The notes: generated by a model not told the origin, from the sequence alone. 62,288 bases of DNA from Gemmatimonadales bacterium (GCA_038205305.1 JBBRBZ010000005.1:1-62288); one strand, 5' to 3'. Shown: positions 39,358 to 49,184, counted from the first letter of the stretch. Program-made: numbers and translations.

Positions 39358-40792
39358 CGACGACGAGACCGTACCGGTCGGGTGAGGTGACCTTGACGAT
39401 GCTTCGGGGATAGGAACCGTCCGGTGACGGAATGGAGAGATCAACCAGCTGTCCCGGCGCGGGAATACGCCCGCCGGTTGCATCAATCGCCATGCGGACG
39501 ACCGGACGATTCAGTTGTTCCGGGTCGGGGCTGGGGCCGGCGACGATAGCCACTTCGAAGGTATCGAGGATGACGCACGTCCCCACTGGATAAATCCCGA
39601 GCATGTTGATGAGCGCCTTGACGAGCACCGGGTCGTAGCCCCGGCCGCGTTTGAGCCACATCTCGCGGAGCACCTCTTCCGCCTCCCACGGCTCCGTCTG
39701 GTAGACGCGCCGCGTCGTCGCGGCATCGTAGCCGTCGGCAAGCGCGACCAGTCTGGTGAACAATCCCAGGCGGCGAGGCCGGATTGGGCGGGGATAGCCG
39801 CTGAGGTCGATTTTCATATGGTGCTCATGCGCGACCAGGATGGCGCGATAGGGCAGTTCCTCGCCCTCGCGCATCTTGAAAAGCGTCAGCGTCCCGAGCC
39901 AGGTGTGCGACTGCAACGCGCGCCATTCCTCGTCCAACAGCGCGCCCTCCTTGTTGAGGAGCGCGGTGTCGAGTCGCGCCTTGCCGATGTCATGCAGCAG
40001 GGCCGCAAGTCCGAGATCGTAGAGCTGGAGCCGATCGAAGTTGAGCCGTTTCCCGAGCGCCACGGCGAAGATGCAGACGTTCACCGAGTGCGTAAAGGTG
40101 TATTCGTCGTAGTCCCGCAGGGTGGTGAGGCCGGTGATCGAGAGTTCGTTCTCCATCACCTGGTCGACGATGAGCTGGATGGCCCGCTTCAGCCGACGCG
40201 CGTTGGGAGAGCGGCCCATCCGAACCCCTTGCACCACATCGCGCGCAGCATTGACACCGTGCGCATAGGTGCGCTTGGCGCGCTCGAGCGCCTCGTCCCC
40301 ATCGCCGCCCTCGCTGGCCCCGCTGGTTTCCCCCACGGTTTGCACCGCGAGACGCACGATATCCGCCTTCTGCATCCGCTCCCGGAGGAAGTCGATCCGT
40401 TCCTCCGGCTCGAGATCCGCCGGCACGTCCCCGAGCGCCGAGAGAAACGCCTGCCATTCGCGCCGCATCACCCCGTCCTCGATCCGGAGCATCCCGATCC
40501 CGGCACCCTTCATCAGGGAAACGAATCCGCTGAAGGCCGCGAAATTGTCGAGGCCGAGGCGCAGTCGGGTCTTGTTGATGAAGATGAAGTCGCCCGACAG
40601 GCTGATCTCAACGACGCCCTCGAGACTGCAGAGCGCGACCGCGTGCCCGAGCAGGTCATCGAGCGCACGCTGCACCGTCGTGTTCTCGACCGGATACAGC
40701 TTCAGCGAGCGCTGGGTGCTGTGAATGGCGATCAACAGCGACCGGCCGGCCTGCCGGAGCAATTGGTCGTCGGCGGTGGTGGGGGTCGTCAA
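39341..40792 (-). CDS. HD-GYP domain protein (putative cyclic-dinucleotide phosphodiesterase) with an unnamed N-terminal domain
   Basis: DEYTFTHSVNV, LLHDIGK, EHHMKIDLSGYP, ADGYDA.TTRR.Y. TTG start overlaps the HEAT gene stop. Confidence 0.85.
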   Translation of the reverse strand: MTTPTTADDQLLRQAGRSLLIAIHSTQRSLKLYPVENTTVQRALDDLLGHAVALCSLEGVVEISLSGDFIFINKTRLRLGLDNFAAFSGFVSLMKGAGIGMLRIEDGVMRREWQAFLSALGDVPADLEPEERIDFLRERMQKADIVRLAVQTVGETSGASEGGDGDEALERAKRTYAHGVNAARDVVQGVRMGRSPNARRLKRAIQLIVDQVMENELSITGLTTLRDYDEYTFTHSVNVCIFAVALGKRLNFDRLQLYDLGLAALLHDIGKARLDTALLNKEGALLDEEWRALQSHTWLGTLTLFKMREGEELPYRAILVAHEHHMKIDLSGYPRPIRPRRLGLFTRLVALADGYDAATTRRVYQTEPWEAEEVLREMWLKRGRGYDPVLVKALINMLGIYPVGTCVILDTFEVAIVAGPSPDPEQLNRPVVRMAIDATGGRIPAPGQLVDLSIPSPDGSYPRSIVKVTSPDRYGLVVGDYFI

Positions 40793-42501
40793 GGCGCCCA
40801 ATCCCTGAGCACGGAGTTGGCCGCGCTGCGGACGACCGGCTCCTTGTCGGCAGTGAACTTGTCGGCGAGGAGTCGCGCCTCGAAGGTGCGGATCTTCCCG
40901 AGCGCGAAGAGTGCACAGGCCCGCACTTCCGGAGACTCCTTCCGGCGGAACAGCCCCCGGGGCTCGAGCAGGTCCGCCAGTCGGGTGACACCGCCCGATC
41001 CGGCGAACTCGCCATATGCTTCGAAGAGTGTTCGGCGCTCGCTGCGTTCCCAGCCGTGATCCTTGCCGTCGAAGATCAGTCCTTCCAGCCGCTGGACCAG
41101 GCCGCCACCGCCACCCCGCTCCATCAGCACGGTGAGTGCGGCCTGGCGTACGCCACGATCGGGGTCGTCGAGCACCCGCTCGATGGCGCCGATCGACGTC
41201 GGGGTACCAAAGGCACCGAGGGCGCGGACCCCCGCGAGTTTGACCGCCGGCGAGCCATCGGCGAGGTGCACGATGACGGCGGGAACGAGCGACTGCAGGC
41301 CGAGGCGCACGGCCATCGCGATGGCCGGCTCGATCGTCTCCGGAGGGCCGTTCGCCAACAGGTCACCGAGGGTCTGGGGCTGCGCCCGCACCAGGGACTC
41401 CACACTCGGCTCCAGGGCTCGTCGGACCGCCGGGTCCATGGTGCGGCCGAGGTGACCGAGGACCAGCGGCAGCGCGACAGGCTTCAGCTCGCGAAGCACC
41501 TCGCCGATGTCCTCCTCCGGCGGCCTGGTGGTCGGATCTTCCAGCACCCGGAACAGTTGCTCGAGAATGTCGGGCTGGGAGAGCCGATGCTCGAAGGAAA
41601 GCACGCCCGTGCGCAACTCCTCGTCCAGCTGGTCGGCGCGACCGGCGATCACCCGCAACTCGCGCAGCACCTTCGCCACGGCACGGAAGCCGCCGGTCGC
41701 CAGTTCGGCGGGGAGGATCAGCTCGAAGAGCTCGAGCACCTCGCGGCGCACGGCGGGATCGCGCTCGCGCTCGAGCGTGTCGAGCAGGGCGTCAAGTGCG
41801 GAATCACGAATGTCGCGCGAGTACTCCTCGACCAGATCGCTCTGGATGAGGCGCACTTCCGATTCCTCGAGGAAATACGGCGTGGCGTCATAGTCGTTCA
41901 TGTCGACGATGCCCGACGGAGCGCCGCCATCATACGACTGATTCGGCGGAGCCGCCTTCGCTGTTTCCACCTCGACGCGCGCCGACCCCTTCAGCGGTCC
42001 CGTGCTCCGAACCGGTGACTCCTGCAGGAACTCGATCCCCTCCCCCATCACTTCGATGAATGTGTAGGCGATCAGCACGAACTCCTCTTCCCAGAGGAGC
42101 GTGAGCAGATCATCCGTCGCATCAGCCGGGAGCATGCGGACCCGATTGAGGGCGTCGAGAAATCGGGCGATCTCCTCCGTCTCCACACCGGGGAGGAGCG
42201 TCAATCGCCGCAAACCGTCCTTGTAGAGTTGCCACGCCAGGCCATCCGTCTGCGCCGCCTGCTGGAGGACCGTCACCCCCTCCCAGAGGATGGTCGACTC
42301 TTGGATGTCGAGGACCAAGCGGCCCGTGATACCCCAGACGGGGTGGAACGCGTCCGTGACGGAGTCCAGCCCGCGGCGATACATCGGGTTGTTCGGCAGG
42401 TACATCTGCAGGGCCCGCTGCCCCTTGCCGAGCGCGCGCAGCAGGTCCTCCACGACTCGGACGTCGAGTTCCGTCGCCGCCGGACGGGTCGGTGCGGTCA
42501 C
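40789..42501 (-). CDS. HEAT-repeat protein with an unnamed N-terminal domain
   Basis: C-terminal HEAT/PBS-like repeats ([46 protein letters not shown]). GTG start overlaps the trpB stop. Confidence 0.82.
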   Translation of the reverse strand: MTAPTRPAATELDVRVVEDLLRALGKGQRALQMYLPNNPMYRRGLDSVTDAFHPVWGITGRLVLDIQESTILWEGVTVLQQAAQTDGLAWQLYKDGLRRLTLLPGVETEEIARFLDALNRVRMLPADATDDLLTLLWEEEFVLIAYTFIEVMGEGIEFLQESPVRSTGPLKGSARVEVETAKAAPPNQSYDGGAPSGIVDMNDYDATPYFLEESEVRLIQSDLVEEYSRDIRDSALDALLDTLERERDPAVRREVLELFELILPAELATGGFRAVAKVLRELRVIAGRADQLDEELRTGVLSFEHRLSQPDILEQLFRVLEDPTTRPPEEDIGEVLRELKPVALPLVLGHLGRTMDPAVRRALEPSVESLVRAQPQTLGDLLANGPPETIEPAIAMAVRLGLQSLVPAVIVHLADGSPAVKLAGVRALGAFGTPTSIGAIERVLDDPDRGVRQAALTVLMERGGGGGLVQRLEGLIFDGKDHGWERSERRTLFEAYGEFAGSGGVTRLADLLEPRGLFRRKESPEVRACALFALGKIRTFEARLLADKFTADKEPVVRSAANSVLRDWAP

Positions 42502-43700
42502 GCCATCGCTCCGAGGGTGGCGGCAACGTGAGCAACGTCCTTGTCGCCTCGACCGCTGACGCAGAGCAGCACCACATCGCCGGCGGTCCACCGTCCGCGC
42601 GAGCAGAGGATCCACGCGATCGCGTGCGAGGTCTCAAGGGCTGGGATGATCCCCTCCAGTTGCGAGAAGCGCTGAAAAGCATCGAGCGCCTCGCCATCGT
42701 CCACCGCGTGGTACTCGACGCGCCCGGTGTCACGCAGCCAGCTGTGCTCGGGGCCCACGCCGGGGTAGTCGAGTCCGGCCGACACGGAATGCGCGGGCGC
42801 CACCTGCCCATCGGCATCCTGCAGCAGGTAGGAGAGCGAGCCGTGCAGCACCCCGGGGCGCCCGGCCGACAGCGTCGCGCTGTGGCGCGAGGTCGCCACC
42901 CCTTCCCCGGCCGCTTCGACGCCGACGAGTTCCACCGACGGATCGCCCACGAAGCCCGCGAAGATGCCCATCGCGTTGGAGCCACCGCCCACGCACGCCA
43001 CGACCGTCTTCGGCAGGTCGCCCACCCGCTCGATCACCTGGGCCCGCGCCTCGACACCGATCACGGACTGGAAGTCCCGCACCATGCGGGGATATGGGTC
43101 GGGGCCGACCACCGATCCGATGATGTAGTGCGTGGTGGGCACGTTCGTCACCCAGTCCCGCAGCGCCTCATTGGTGGCATCCTTGAGCGTGCGGGTCCCC
43201 GACTCCACCGGCACGACCGTCGCGCCCAGCAGTTTCATCCGGTAGACATTCAGCGCCTGCCGCTCCACATCCTCGGAGCCCATGTAGACCACGCACTCGA
43301 GCCCGAAGCGCGCACAGATCGTCGCCGTCGCCACGCCATGCTGTCCGGCGCCCGTTTCGGCGATGATCCGATGCTTTCCCATCCGGCGCGCCAACAGCGC
43401 CTGGCCAATGGTGTTGTTGATCTTGTGCGCGCCGGTATGGTTGAGATCCTCGCGCTTGAGGAGGACGCGCGCGCCGACGATTTCGCTGACACGCGGCGCC
43501 TCGCTGAGCGGCGAAGGGCGGCCGACAAAATCCCCGAGCAGTGCGTGGAACTCGCCCCAGAACTCCGCATCGTCGCGCACTCCGTCGTACAGCGCGGTCA
43601 GGTCATCGAGTGCAGCGACCAGCGTCTCCGGCACGTACCTGCCACCATAGGGGCCAAATCGCCCGGCAACGGCAGTCTCAGGTGGGAGGGAGTGCGTCAC
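42498..43700 (-). CDS. trpB: Tryptophan synthase beta subunit
   Basis: [50 protein letters not shown]. Confidence 0.97.
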   Translation of the reverse strand: MTHSLPPETAVAGRFGPYGGRYVPETLVAALDDLTALYDGVRDDAEFWGEFHALLGDFVGRPSPLSEAPRVSEIVGARVLLKREDLNHTGAHKINNTIGQALLARRMGKHRIIAETGAGQHGVATATICARFGLECVVYMGSEDVERQALNVYRMKLLGATVVPVESGTRTLKDATNEALRDWVTNVPTTHYIIGSVVGPDPYPRMVRDFQSVIGVEARAQVIERVGDLPKTVVACVGGGSNAMGIFAGFVGDPSVELVGVEAAGEGVATSRHSATLSAGRPGVLHGSLSYLLQDADGQVAPAHSVSAGLDYPGVGPEHSWLRDTGRVEYHAVDDGEALDAFQRFSQLEGIIPALETSHAIAWILCSRGRWTAGDVVLLCVSGRGDKDVAHVAATLGAMA

Positions 43701-44325
43701 GAACCTGCTCCATGAAACGGGCCAATTTGACCGGGTCCTTGATCCCCGGTGCGCACTCTACGCCGGAACTTACATCGACAGCATCCGGCCCGACGACCTC
43801 GATTGCCCGAGTCACCGACTCCGGCGCCAATCCCCCCGCCAACGCCATGCGGGCCCCCAACCACTCGACCCGCAGCCTCCGCGCCGCCGCGAGGTCGAGG
43901 CCCGACCGCACTCCGCCGGCCCGGTCAGGGTGCGCCGGCTCCACCAGCTGAACATCGGCGGTGCCGGGCCCACCCTGAAGGTGACGCGCCGTCGCGCCAC
44001 CCGGTTCGAGGGCATGCACCTGCCACACCTCCAATCCGGCTCCGTGCAGCCGTGCGACGTCTCCAGCCGCCGCAGGCCGGTGCAACTGCACACCGCGAAG
44101 CCCCGCCTCGGCACTCATCTCGAGAATGGTGGCGACGCTCTGGGACTGATAGACGCCTATCACCGGAACGCTCCCGGCGGCATGCACGATGGCTTGCGCC
44201 TGCCTGACGCTGATCACCCGGGGGCCGCCCGCGAAGACCACTCCCAACCGCCACGCACCAAGCGATACGGCCAGGGCAGCATCCTCGGGTCGGGTCAGCC
44301 CGCAGATCTTGACGTCAACGGGCAT
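43678..44325 (-). CDS. trpF: Phosphoribosylanthranilate isomerase
   Basis: VKICGLT, VQLH, LAGGL, DVSSGVE..PGIKD. Confidence 0.92.
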   Translation of the reverse strand: MPVDVKICGLTRPEDAALAVSLGAWRLGVVFAGGPRVISVRQAQAIVHAAGSVPVIGVYQSQSVATILEMSAEAGLRGVQLHRPAAAGDVARLHGAGLEVWQVHALEPGGATARHLQGGPGTADVQLVEPAHPDRAGGVRSGLDLAAARRLRVEWLGARMALAGGLAPESVTRAIEVVGPDAVDVSSGVECAPGIKDPVKLARFMEQVRDALPPT

Positions 44326-45100
44326 GGCGCGGCACCGAGCTCCATTCCCGCACCCGAGCTGTCGGATCGCCAGCCGAAGCGAGCGCCGTCCCGATGAGCA
44401 CGGCATCGGCACCGGCCTGCGCAGCCGTGGCCACGTCGGTGACACTCGTCATCCCGCTCTCGGCCACGGCGATGGTCGTCGCGGGAATCCGTGCGAGCAG
44501 CTCCCAAGCCGCCGGGGTATCCATGGCGAAGGTGTCGAGATTGCGGGCGTTCACCCCGACCACCCGGGCCTCGGTCGCCAGCGCCCGATCCAGCTCCTCG
44601 CTGGTGTGGGCTTCGACCAAGGCGACCAAGCCCAGCTCATCCGCAAAGTGAAGGAGTCGCCGTAACGTGGCGTCGTTGAGCGCGCGCACGATGAGCAGGG
44701 CGGCCGAGGCACCGCTGGCACGCGCCTCGAGCACCTGCAGTTCGTCGAGGATGAAATCCTTGCGGAGGACCGGGCACCCAACCACCGCGACCACGGCCTC
44801 CAGATCGCCGATCGCGCCCCCGAAATGAGGGCCCTCGGTGAGCACGGAGATCGCCGCCGCTCCGCCGAGTTCGTAGGCACGTGCCAGCACAGGCGGATCC
44901 AGCGCCTCGTTGATGGCGCCCGCCGAGGGGGAGCGCCGCTTCACCTCGGCGATGACCCGCACGGTCTGGCCGCGCAGCGCCCGGGCAAAGTCGAGCGGCA
45001 CCGGCCTCGCCAAGGCGGCGGCCTCGAGGGCCCTGCTGCGGGCCCGCAGGGCTGGCAGGGTGGCCCGGGCGGCACGGAGAATCTCTTCGAGCTGGGGCAT
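44315..45100 (-). CDS. trpC: Indole-3-glycerol phosphate synthase
   Basis: IAEVKRRSPS, SVLTE, LRKDFI, GVNARNL, AESG. Confidence 0.95.
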   Translation of the reverse strand: MPQLEEILRAARATLPALRARSRALEAAALARPVPLDFARALRGQTVRVIAEVKRRSPSAGAINEALDPPVLARAYELGGAAAISVLTEGPHFGGAIGDLEAVVAVVGCPVLRKDFILDELQVLEARASGASAALLIVRALNDATLRRLLHFADELGLVALVEAHTSEELDRALATEARVVGVNARNLDTFAMDTPAAWELLARIPATTIAVAESGMTSVTDVATAAQAGADAVLIGTALASAGDPTARVREWSSVPRHAR

Positions 45101-45101
45101 C

Positions 45102-45149
45102 TTGCTCTTCGGTTTCCCTTCGGGTAGCTTCAGTTCGGTGTCTCTTCGC
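45102..45149 (+). promoter_or_regulatory. Predicted lexA sigma70 promoter with two candidate LexA operators
   Basis: TTGCTC(45102-07)-N17-TAGCTT(45125-30); TTCGG-N6-TTCGG at 45108-45123 and TTCGG-N6-TTCGC at 45134-45149. Confidence 0.6.
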
Positions 45150-45169
45150 CATCAATCCGGGAGCCGGGC

Positions 45170-45778
45170 GTGACGCTCACTCGCAAGCAACACGAAATCC
45201 TCGACTATCTCACCGCAGCCATCGGTCGCAACGGCTACGCCCCGAGTTTCGAGGAAATTGCCGAACAGTTCGGGTACCAGTCTCTCGCCACGGTCCATGA
45301 GCATCTCAGCAACCTGGAGCGGAAGGGATACATCCGCCGAGGCTACAATGAGAGCCGGGCCATCGAGGTGCTGCCGCCGCGCGGTCACACCGGCGCGAGT
45401 GAAGTCCCTCTGCTCGGTACGGTGGCGGCCGGCATGCCCATCGAGTCGATGATGAGCGGCGAAGTCGTCTCCGTCCCCGACAATATGCTGCCTCGACGCG
45501 GTCCGAACTATGCGCTGCGGGTTCGGGGCGAATCGATGATCGACGAACAGATCCGCGATGGCGACCTGGTCGTGGTCAACGGGCGCGACAGCGCGGACAA
45601 CGGCGAGATGGTGATCGCACTCGTCAGTGGGTCGGAAGCGACCGTCAAACGTTTCTATCGCGAACCGGGCGGATGGATCCGACTGCAACCGGCCAACCCG
45701 ACCATGCGGCCGCTGCGGTATCAGGAGAGTGACGTGCTGATTCAAGGAATCGTCGTGGGCGTCATCCGGCGCTACTAG
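45170..45778 (+). CDS. lexA: SOS repressor LexA
   Basis: LTRKQ..IL...GYAPSFEEI, VAAG.P cleavage site, GESM (Ser), ATVKRF (Lys). Confidence 0.96.
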   Translation: MTLTRKQHEILDYLTAAIGRNGYAPSFEEIAEQFGYQSLATVHEHLSNLERKGYIRRGYNESRAIEVLPPRGHTGASEVPLLGTVAAGMPIESMMSGEVVSVPDNMLPRRGPNYALRVRGESMIDEQIRDGDLVVVNGRDSADNGEMVIALVSGSEATVKRFYREPGGWIRLQPANPTMRPLRYQESDVLIQGIVVGVIRRY

Positions 45779-46817
45779 CCCGTACCAGCGCCTCCAAACG
45801 CGCGAGGGCGGCACCCCGATCCAATGCCTCGCGCGCCAGCTCCACCGCCTGTTCGAGGGACGAAACCTCCCCACTGACATACACCGCCGCCGCCGCATTC
45901 AGCAGCACGGCCGCCCGCAGCGCTGGCGCGGCCCGCAACGGGTGCGCCAACAACTCCAAGATGCGAGTTGCGTTCTCTGCTGGCTCCCCACCTTCCAGTC
46001 CGTCAAGCGAGGAGGCGGCCAGCCCGAAGCGCGCCGGCTCGATCCGCCATTCGTGCAGCGCCCCATCACGAACTTCCCAGACACGGGTCGCACCGACTGG
46101 CGCAATCTCATCAATGCCGATTTCGCCATGCACGACCATCGCGTGCGTCGTCCCGAGCCGGGACAATGCTTCCGCCATGACCGGGGCGCGGGTGAGGTCG
46201 GCAATCCCGACCACCTGTCGGCCGGCACGTGCAGGGTTGGCCAGCGGTCCGACGAGGTTCATGATCGTCGGCACGCCGAGTTCGCGGCGGACGGCGGCGA
46301 CGTGGCGCATCGCTGGGTGGTAGATCGGCGCGAAAAGAAAGACGAGCCCGACGCTTCCCAAGATCGCGCTCGCGCGATCGGCGTCGAGGTCGATGTTGAC
46401 GCCGAGCGATTCCAGCACATCCGCAGAGCCGGAGCGCGAAGTGAAGCTCCGGTTTCCGTGCTTCGCCACCGGCACACCCGCCCCGGCGGCCACGAATGCT
46501 GCGGCGGTCGAGACGTTCAGCGTGCGGATAACACCGCCGCCGGTGCCACAGGTGTCCACCAGCGACGTGGGACTGCCATGTGCAACGACCTGCATTGCGC
46601 CGCGAAGTGCCGCCACCGCGCCAGCAAGTTCCGAGGCGGACTCTCCCCGGGCACGCAGGGCCAGCAGTAGGCCGGCGATGGATGCGGCCGGCGCGCGCCC
46701 CGCCATGATGACCTCAAAGGCAGCACCAGCTTGCGCCTCGGAGAGCACGCCGCCGTCGGCAAGATGGCTGAGGGCTTCGCGGAGCGAGTCCGGCACGGCG
46801 TCGGCGGAAGGCTGCAT
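45762..46817 (-). CDS. trpD: Anthranilate phosphoribosyltransferase
   Basis: DTCGTGG, NVST, KHGNRS.TSRSGSADVLE, GPLANPA. Confidence 0.95.
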   Translation of the reverse strand: MQPSADAVPDSLREALSHLADGGVLSEAQAGAAFEVIMAGRAPAASIAGLLLALRARGESASELAGAVAALRGAMQVVAHGSPTSLVDTCGTGGGVIRTLNVSTAAAFVAAGAGVPVAKHGNRSFTSRSGSADVLESLGVNIDLDADRASAILGSVGLVFLFAPIYHPAMRHVAAVRRELGVPTIMNLVGPLANPARAGRQVVGIADLTRAPVMAEALSRLGTTHAMVVHGEIGIDEIAPVGATRVWEVRDGALHEWRIEPARFGLAASSLDGLEGGEPAENATRILELLAHPLRAAPALRAAVLLNAAAAVYVSGEVSSLEQAVELAREALDRGAALARLEALVRASSAG

Positions 46818-46828
46818 ATCTGATGGCA

Positions 46829-46858
46829 AGCGTAGGACATCGGCGGGCCTCCTGTCAA
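46829..46858 (-). promoter_or_regulatory. Predicted sigma70 promoter for trpD
   Basis: TTGACA(46858-53)-N18-TACGCT(46834-29), ending 11 nt before ATG 46817. Confidence 0.55.
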
Positions 46859-46912
46859 TCCAAGTGGCTGGGCGGGTAGATTTCCAGTGTCCTCAACTTG
46901 GGAAACCGACCG

Positions 46913-47527
46913 ATGCGCTCTGCCGTTGCCTCCCTTACGCTGCTTGCCCTCGTCGCCACCCAGTCCGCGGCCCAGACCGCCGGCGGCATGTCCTCCATGG
47001 GTGGCATGGATCACATGGGTGGCATGCAACACGGGGGCGCGTCGATGTCGATGCCCGCCCCCGCCGGACAGGCCGCGTTCGCGGCGATCTCCGATATCGT
47101 GAAGCAGCTTCAGGCCGACAGCACCACCGATTGGTCGAAGGTGAATCTCGAAGCACTTCGCCAGCATCTCATCGACATGGATAACGTCACCATGCGATCC
47201 ATGGTGAAGCAGTCGCGGACGGCGGGCGGACTCGTGATGACCATCACGGGCACACCGACGGTCGCCGCCTCCATTCAGCGCATGGTGGGCATGCACGCCA
47301 TGATGATGGCCGAGGGCGAGCCGGGCAGCGAGGCCGACGCGATGAACGCCAAGGCCGAGAAGGTACCGGGCGGCATGCGGCTGACGGTCACGGCACGCGA
47401 CAGTTCGGATACCAAGCTGGTCAGCCGGATTCGCGGACTTGGCTTCATCGGCCTGTTGACCGTGGGGGAACATCATGCCATGCACCACATGATGGTCGCG
47501 CGCGGCGGCATGATGATGGGGCACTAG
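46913..47527 (+). CDS. Exported Met/His-rich hypothetical protein (putative copper-binding)
   Basis: Signal peptide; GGMSSMGGMDHMGGMQH and HHAMHHMMVARGGMMMGH; 4 nt upstream of the multicopper oxidase. Confidence 0.75.
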   Translation: MRSAVASLTLLALVATQSAAQTAGGMSSMGGMDHMGGMQHGGASMSMPAPAGQAAFAAISDIVKQLQADSTTDWSKVNLEALRQHLIDMDNVTMRSMVKQSRTAGGLVMTITGTPTVAASIQRMVGMHAMMMAEGEPGSEADAMNAKAEKVPGGMRLTVTARDSSDTKLVSRIRGLGFIGLLTVGEHHAMHHMMVARGGMMMGH

Positions 47528-47531
47528 TCCG

Positions 47532-49091
47532 TTGCGTCGCCGGGAGGTGGTGCAGTGGCTCGGCCTTGGTGCCGCCAGCAGCGTGATCTCCCGGCTGCCC
47601 GCCGCCGGCATACCATCGCTGCTGATGGGCGAGTCGTCGCATCGAGCCACGACCGCATTCGACCCCGATGTCGAGCTCTCCCTGACCGCCGCCCCCGGTG
47701 AGGTAGCAGTACTCCCGGGGCAACCGACCCGCGTGTGGCAGTTCACCGGCTCGGTGCTCAAGGGACCGACTGAATCGCTGCGGGCCATGCCAGGCTCCTG
47801 GCTCGGCCCGACCATCCGAGTGCAGCGCGGCCAGCGGGTACGGATCACGTTTTCCAATCGACTCCCTGAAGCGAGCATCGTGCACTGGCACGGACTCGAC
47901 GTGCCCTTCCTGATGGACGGACACCCCAGCTTGGTGATCCCATCCGGGGCGGATTACGTCTACGAATTCGAGGTCCGCAACCGCGCCGGCACCTACTGGT
48001 ATCACCCGCATCCGCACATGCGCACCGGCCACCAGGTGTATCACGGACTGGCAGGCATGTTCGTCGTCACCGACGACGAAGAGCGGGCGCTGGGATTGCC
48101 GAGTGGTGAGGAGGAGCTGCAGCTTGTGCTGCAGGACCGTCGCTTCGACGCGCAGAATCAGCTGGTCTATCTTGCCGGCGGGATGATGGATCAGATGATG
48201 GGATTCCTGGGCGACCGCCTGCTCGTCAACGGGACACTGCAGCCGGTGCTTCCCGTTGCCACTCGCGCCTACCGACTCCGCGTGCTCAACGGCTCGAACG
48301 CGCGGATCTACAAGCTCAAGTGGAGCGATGGAACGCCCCTCACTGTCATTGGTGGCGACGGCGGATTGCTGGAGGCGCCGGCGACTCGGCGTTTCCTCAC
48401 CTTGGCACCGGCGCAGCGGGCTGACATCATTGTCGACTTGAGTCAACACGCCGTCGGCACCACCATCTCGCTTGACACGGCAGCCTATCCAGCAGAAGAG
48501 GTCAGCATGACCGACGCCACCGCGCCGGGAATGCTGCAGGCGAGCGCGGTTCCCAATGGTGTCGCGCGGTCCCTCGTCGCGCTGAAGGTGGTTCGTCGGG
48601 AGCGAGTGCCCTGGATCCTGCCTTCCCGCCTCTCCACCTTCGCGCCGGAGTGGAATGGCGTCGCGACCGTTGCAGCACGCCGGGTCACCATCGACTTCCG
48701 CCGCATGCAGTGGTTCCTGTCGGGGCGGGTTTTCGAGATGACCAGCACCGCACCTGAGGAGCAGGTTGCCGCCGGGGGCACGCAGGTGTGGGAGCTCTCC
48801 AATCTCGGTGGCATGATGGGGCAGCCGATGGCCCACCCGATCCACATTCACGGCCCCCAGTTCCGGATTCTCGAGCGGCGCACCGCAGCCACGGGCGCAA
48901 CAACGATTAAAGCTGGGTCCATCCGTGAGGGGCTGTTCGATGGCGGGTGGCGCGACACCATCCTGATCCTTCCGGGTGAAACGGTGCGCCTCCAGCTCCA
49001 CTACACCGATTTCCCAGGCCTCTACCTCTACCACTGCCACATCCTCGAGCATGAAGACGGTGGGATGATGCGCAACTTCAAGGTTTCCTAG
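47532..49091 (+). CDS. Multicopper oxidase (CueO-like), Tat-exported
   Basis: RRREVV Tat-like signal; HWHG, WYHPH, HPIHIHG, HCHILEHEDGGMM. Confidence 0.92.
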   Translation: MRRREVVQWLGLGAASSVISRLPAAGIPSLLMGESSHRATTAFDPDVELSLTAAPGEVAVLPGQPTRVWQFTGSVLKGPTESLRAMPGSWLGPTIRVQRGQRVRITFSNRLPEASIVHWHGLDVPFLMDGHPSLVIPSGADYVYEFEVRNRAGTYWYHPHPHMRTGHQVYHGLAGMFVVTDDEERALGLPSGEEELQLVLQDRRFDAQNQLVYLAGGMMDQMMGFLGDRLLVNGTLQPVLPVATRAYRLRVLNGSNARIYKLKWSDGTPLTVIGGDGGLLEAPATRRFLTLAPAQRADIIVDLSQHAVGTTISLDTAAYPAEEVSMTDATAPGMLQASAVPNGVARSLVALKVVRRERVPWILPSRLSTFAPEWNGVATVAARRVTIDFRRMQWFLSGRVFEMTSTAPEEQVAAGGTQVWELSNLGGMMGQPMAHPIHIHGPQFRILERRTAATGATTIKAGSIREGLFDGGWRDTILILPGETVRLQLHYTDFPGLYLYHCHILEHEDGGMMRNFKVS

Positions 49092-49184
49092 CCGCGTCGC
49101 TGCCGAAACCCCGGAAAGTGCCCCAATAGCAACGATTTACGCAGGTTGCCGCGCCCCCCGGCCGCGGCTAGATTTCGGGGCTTG

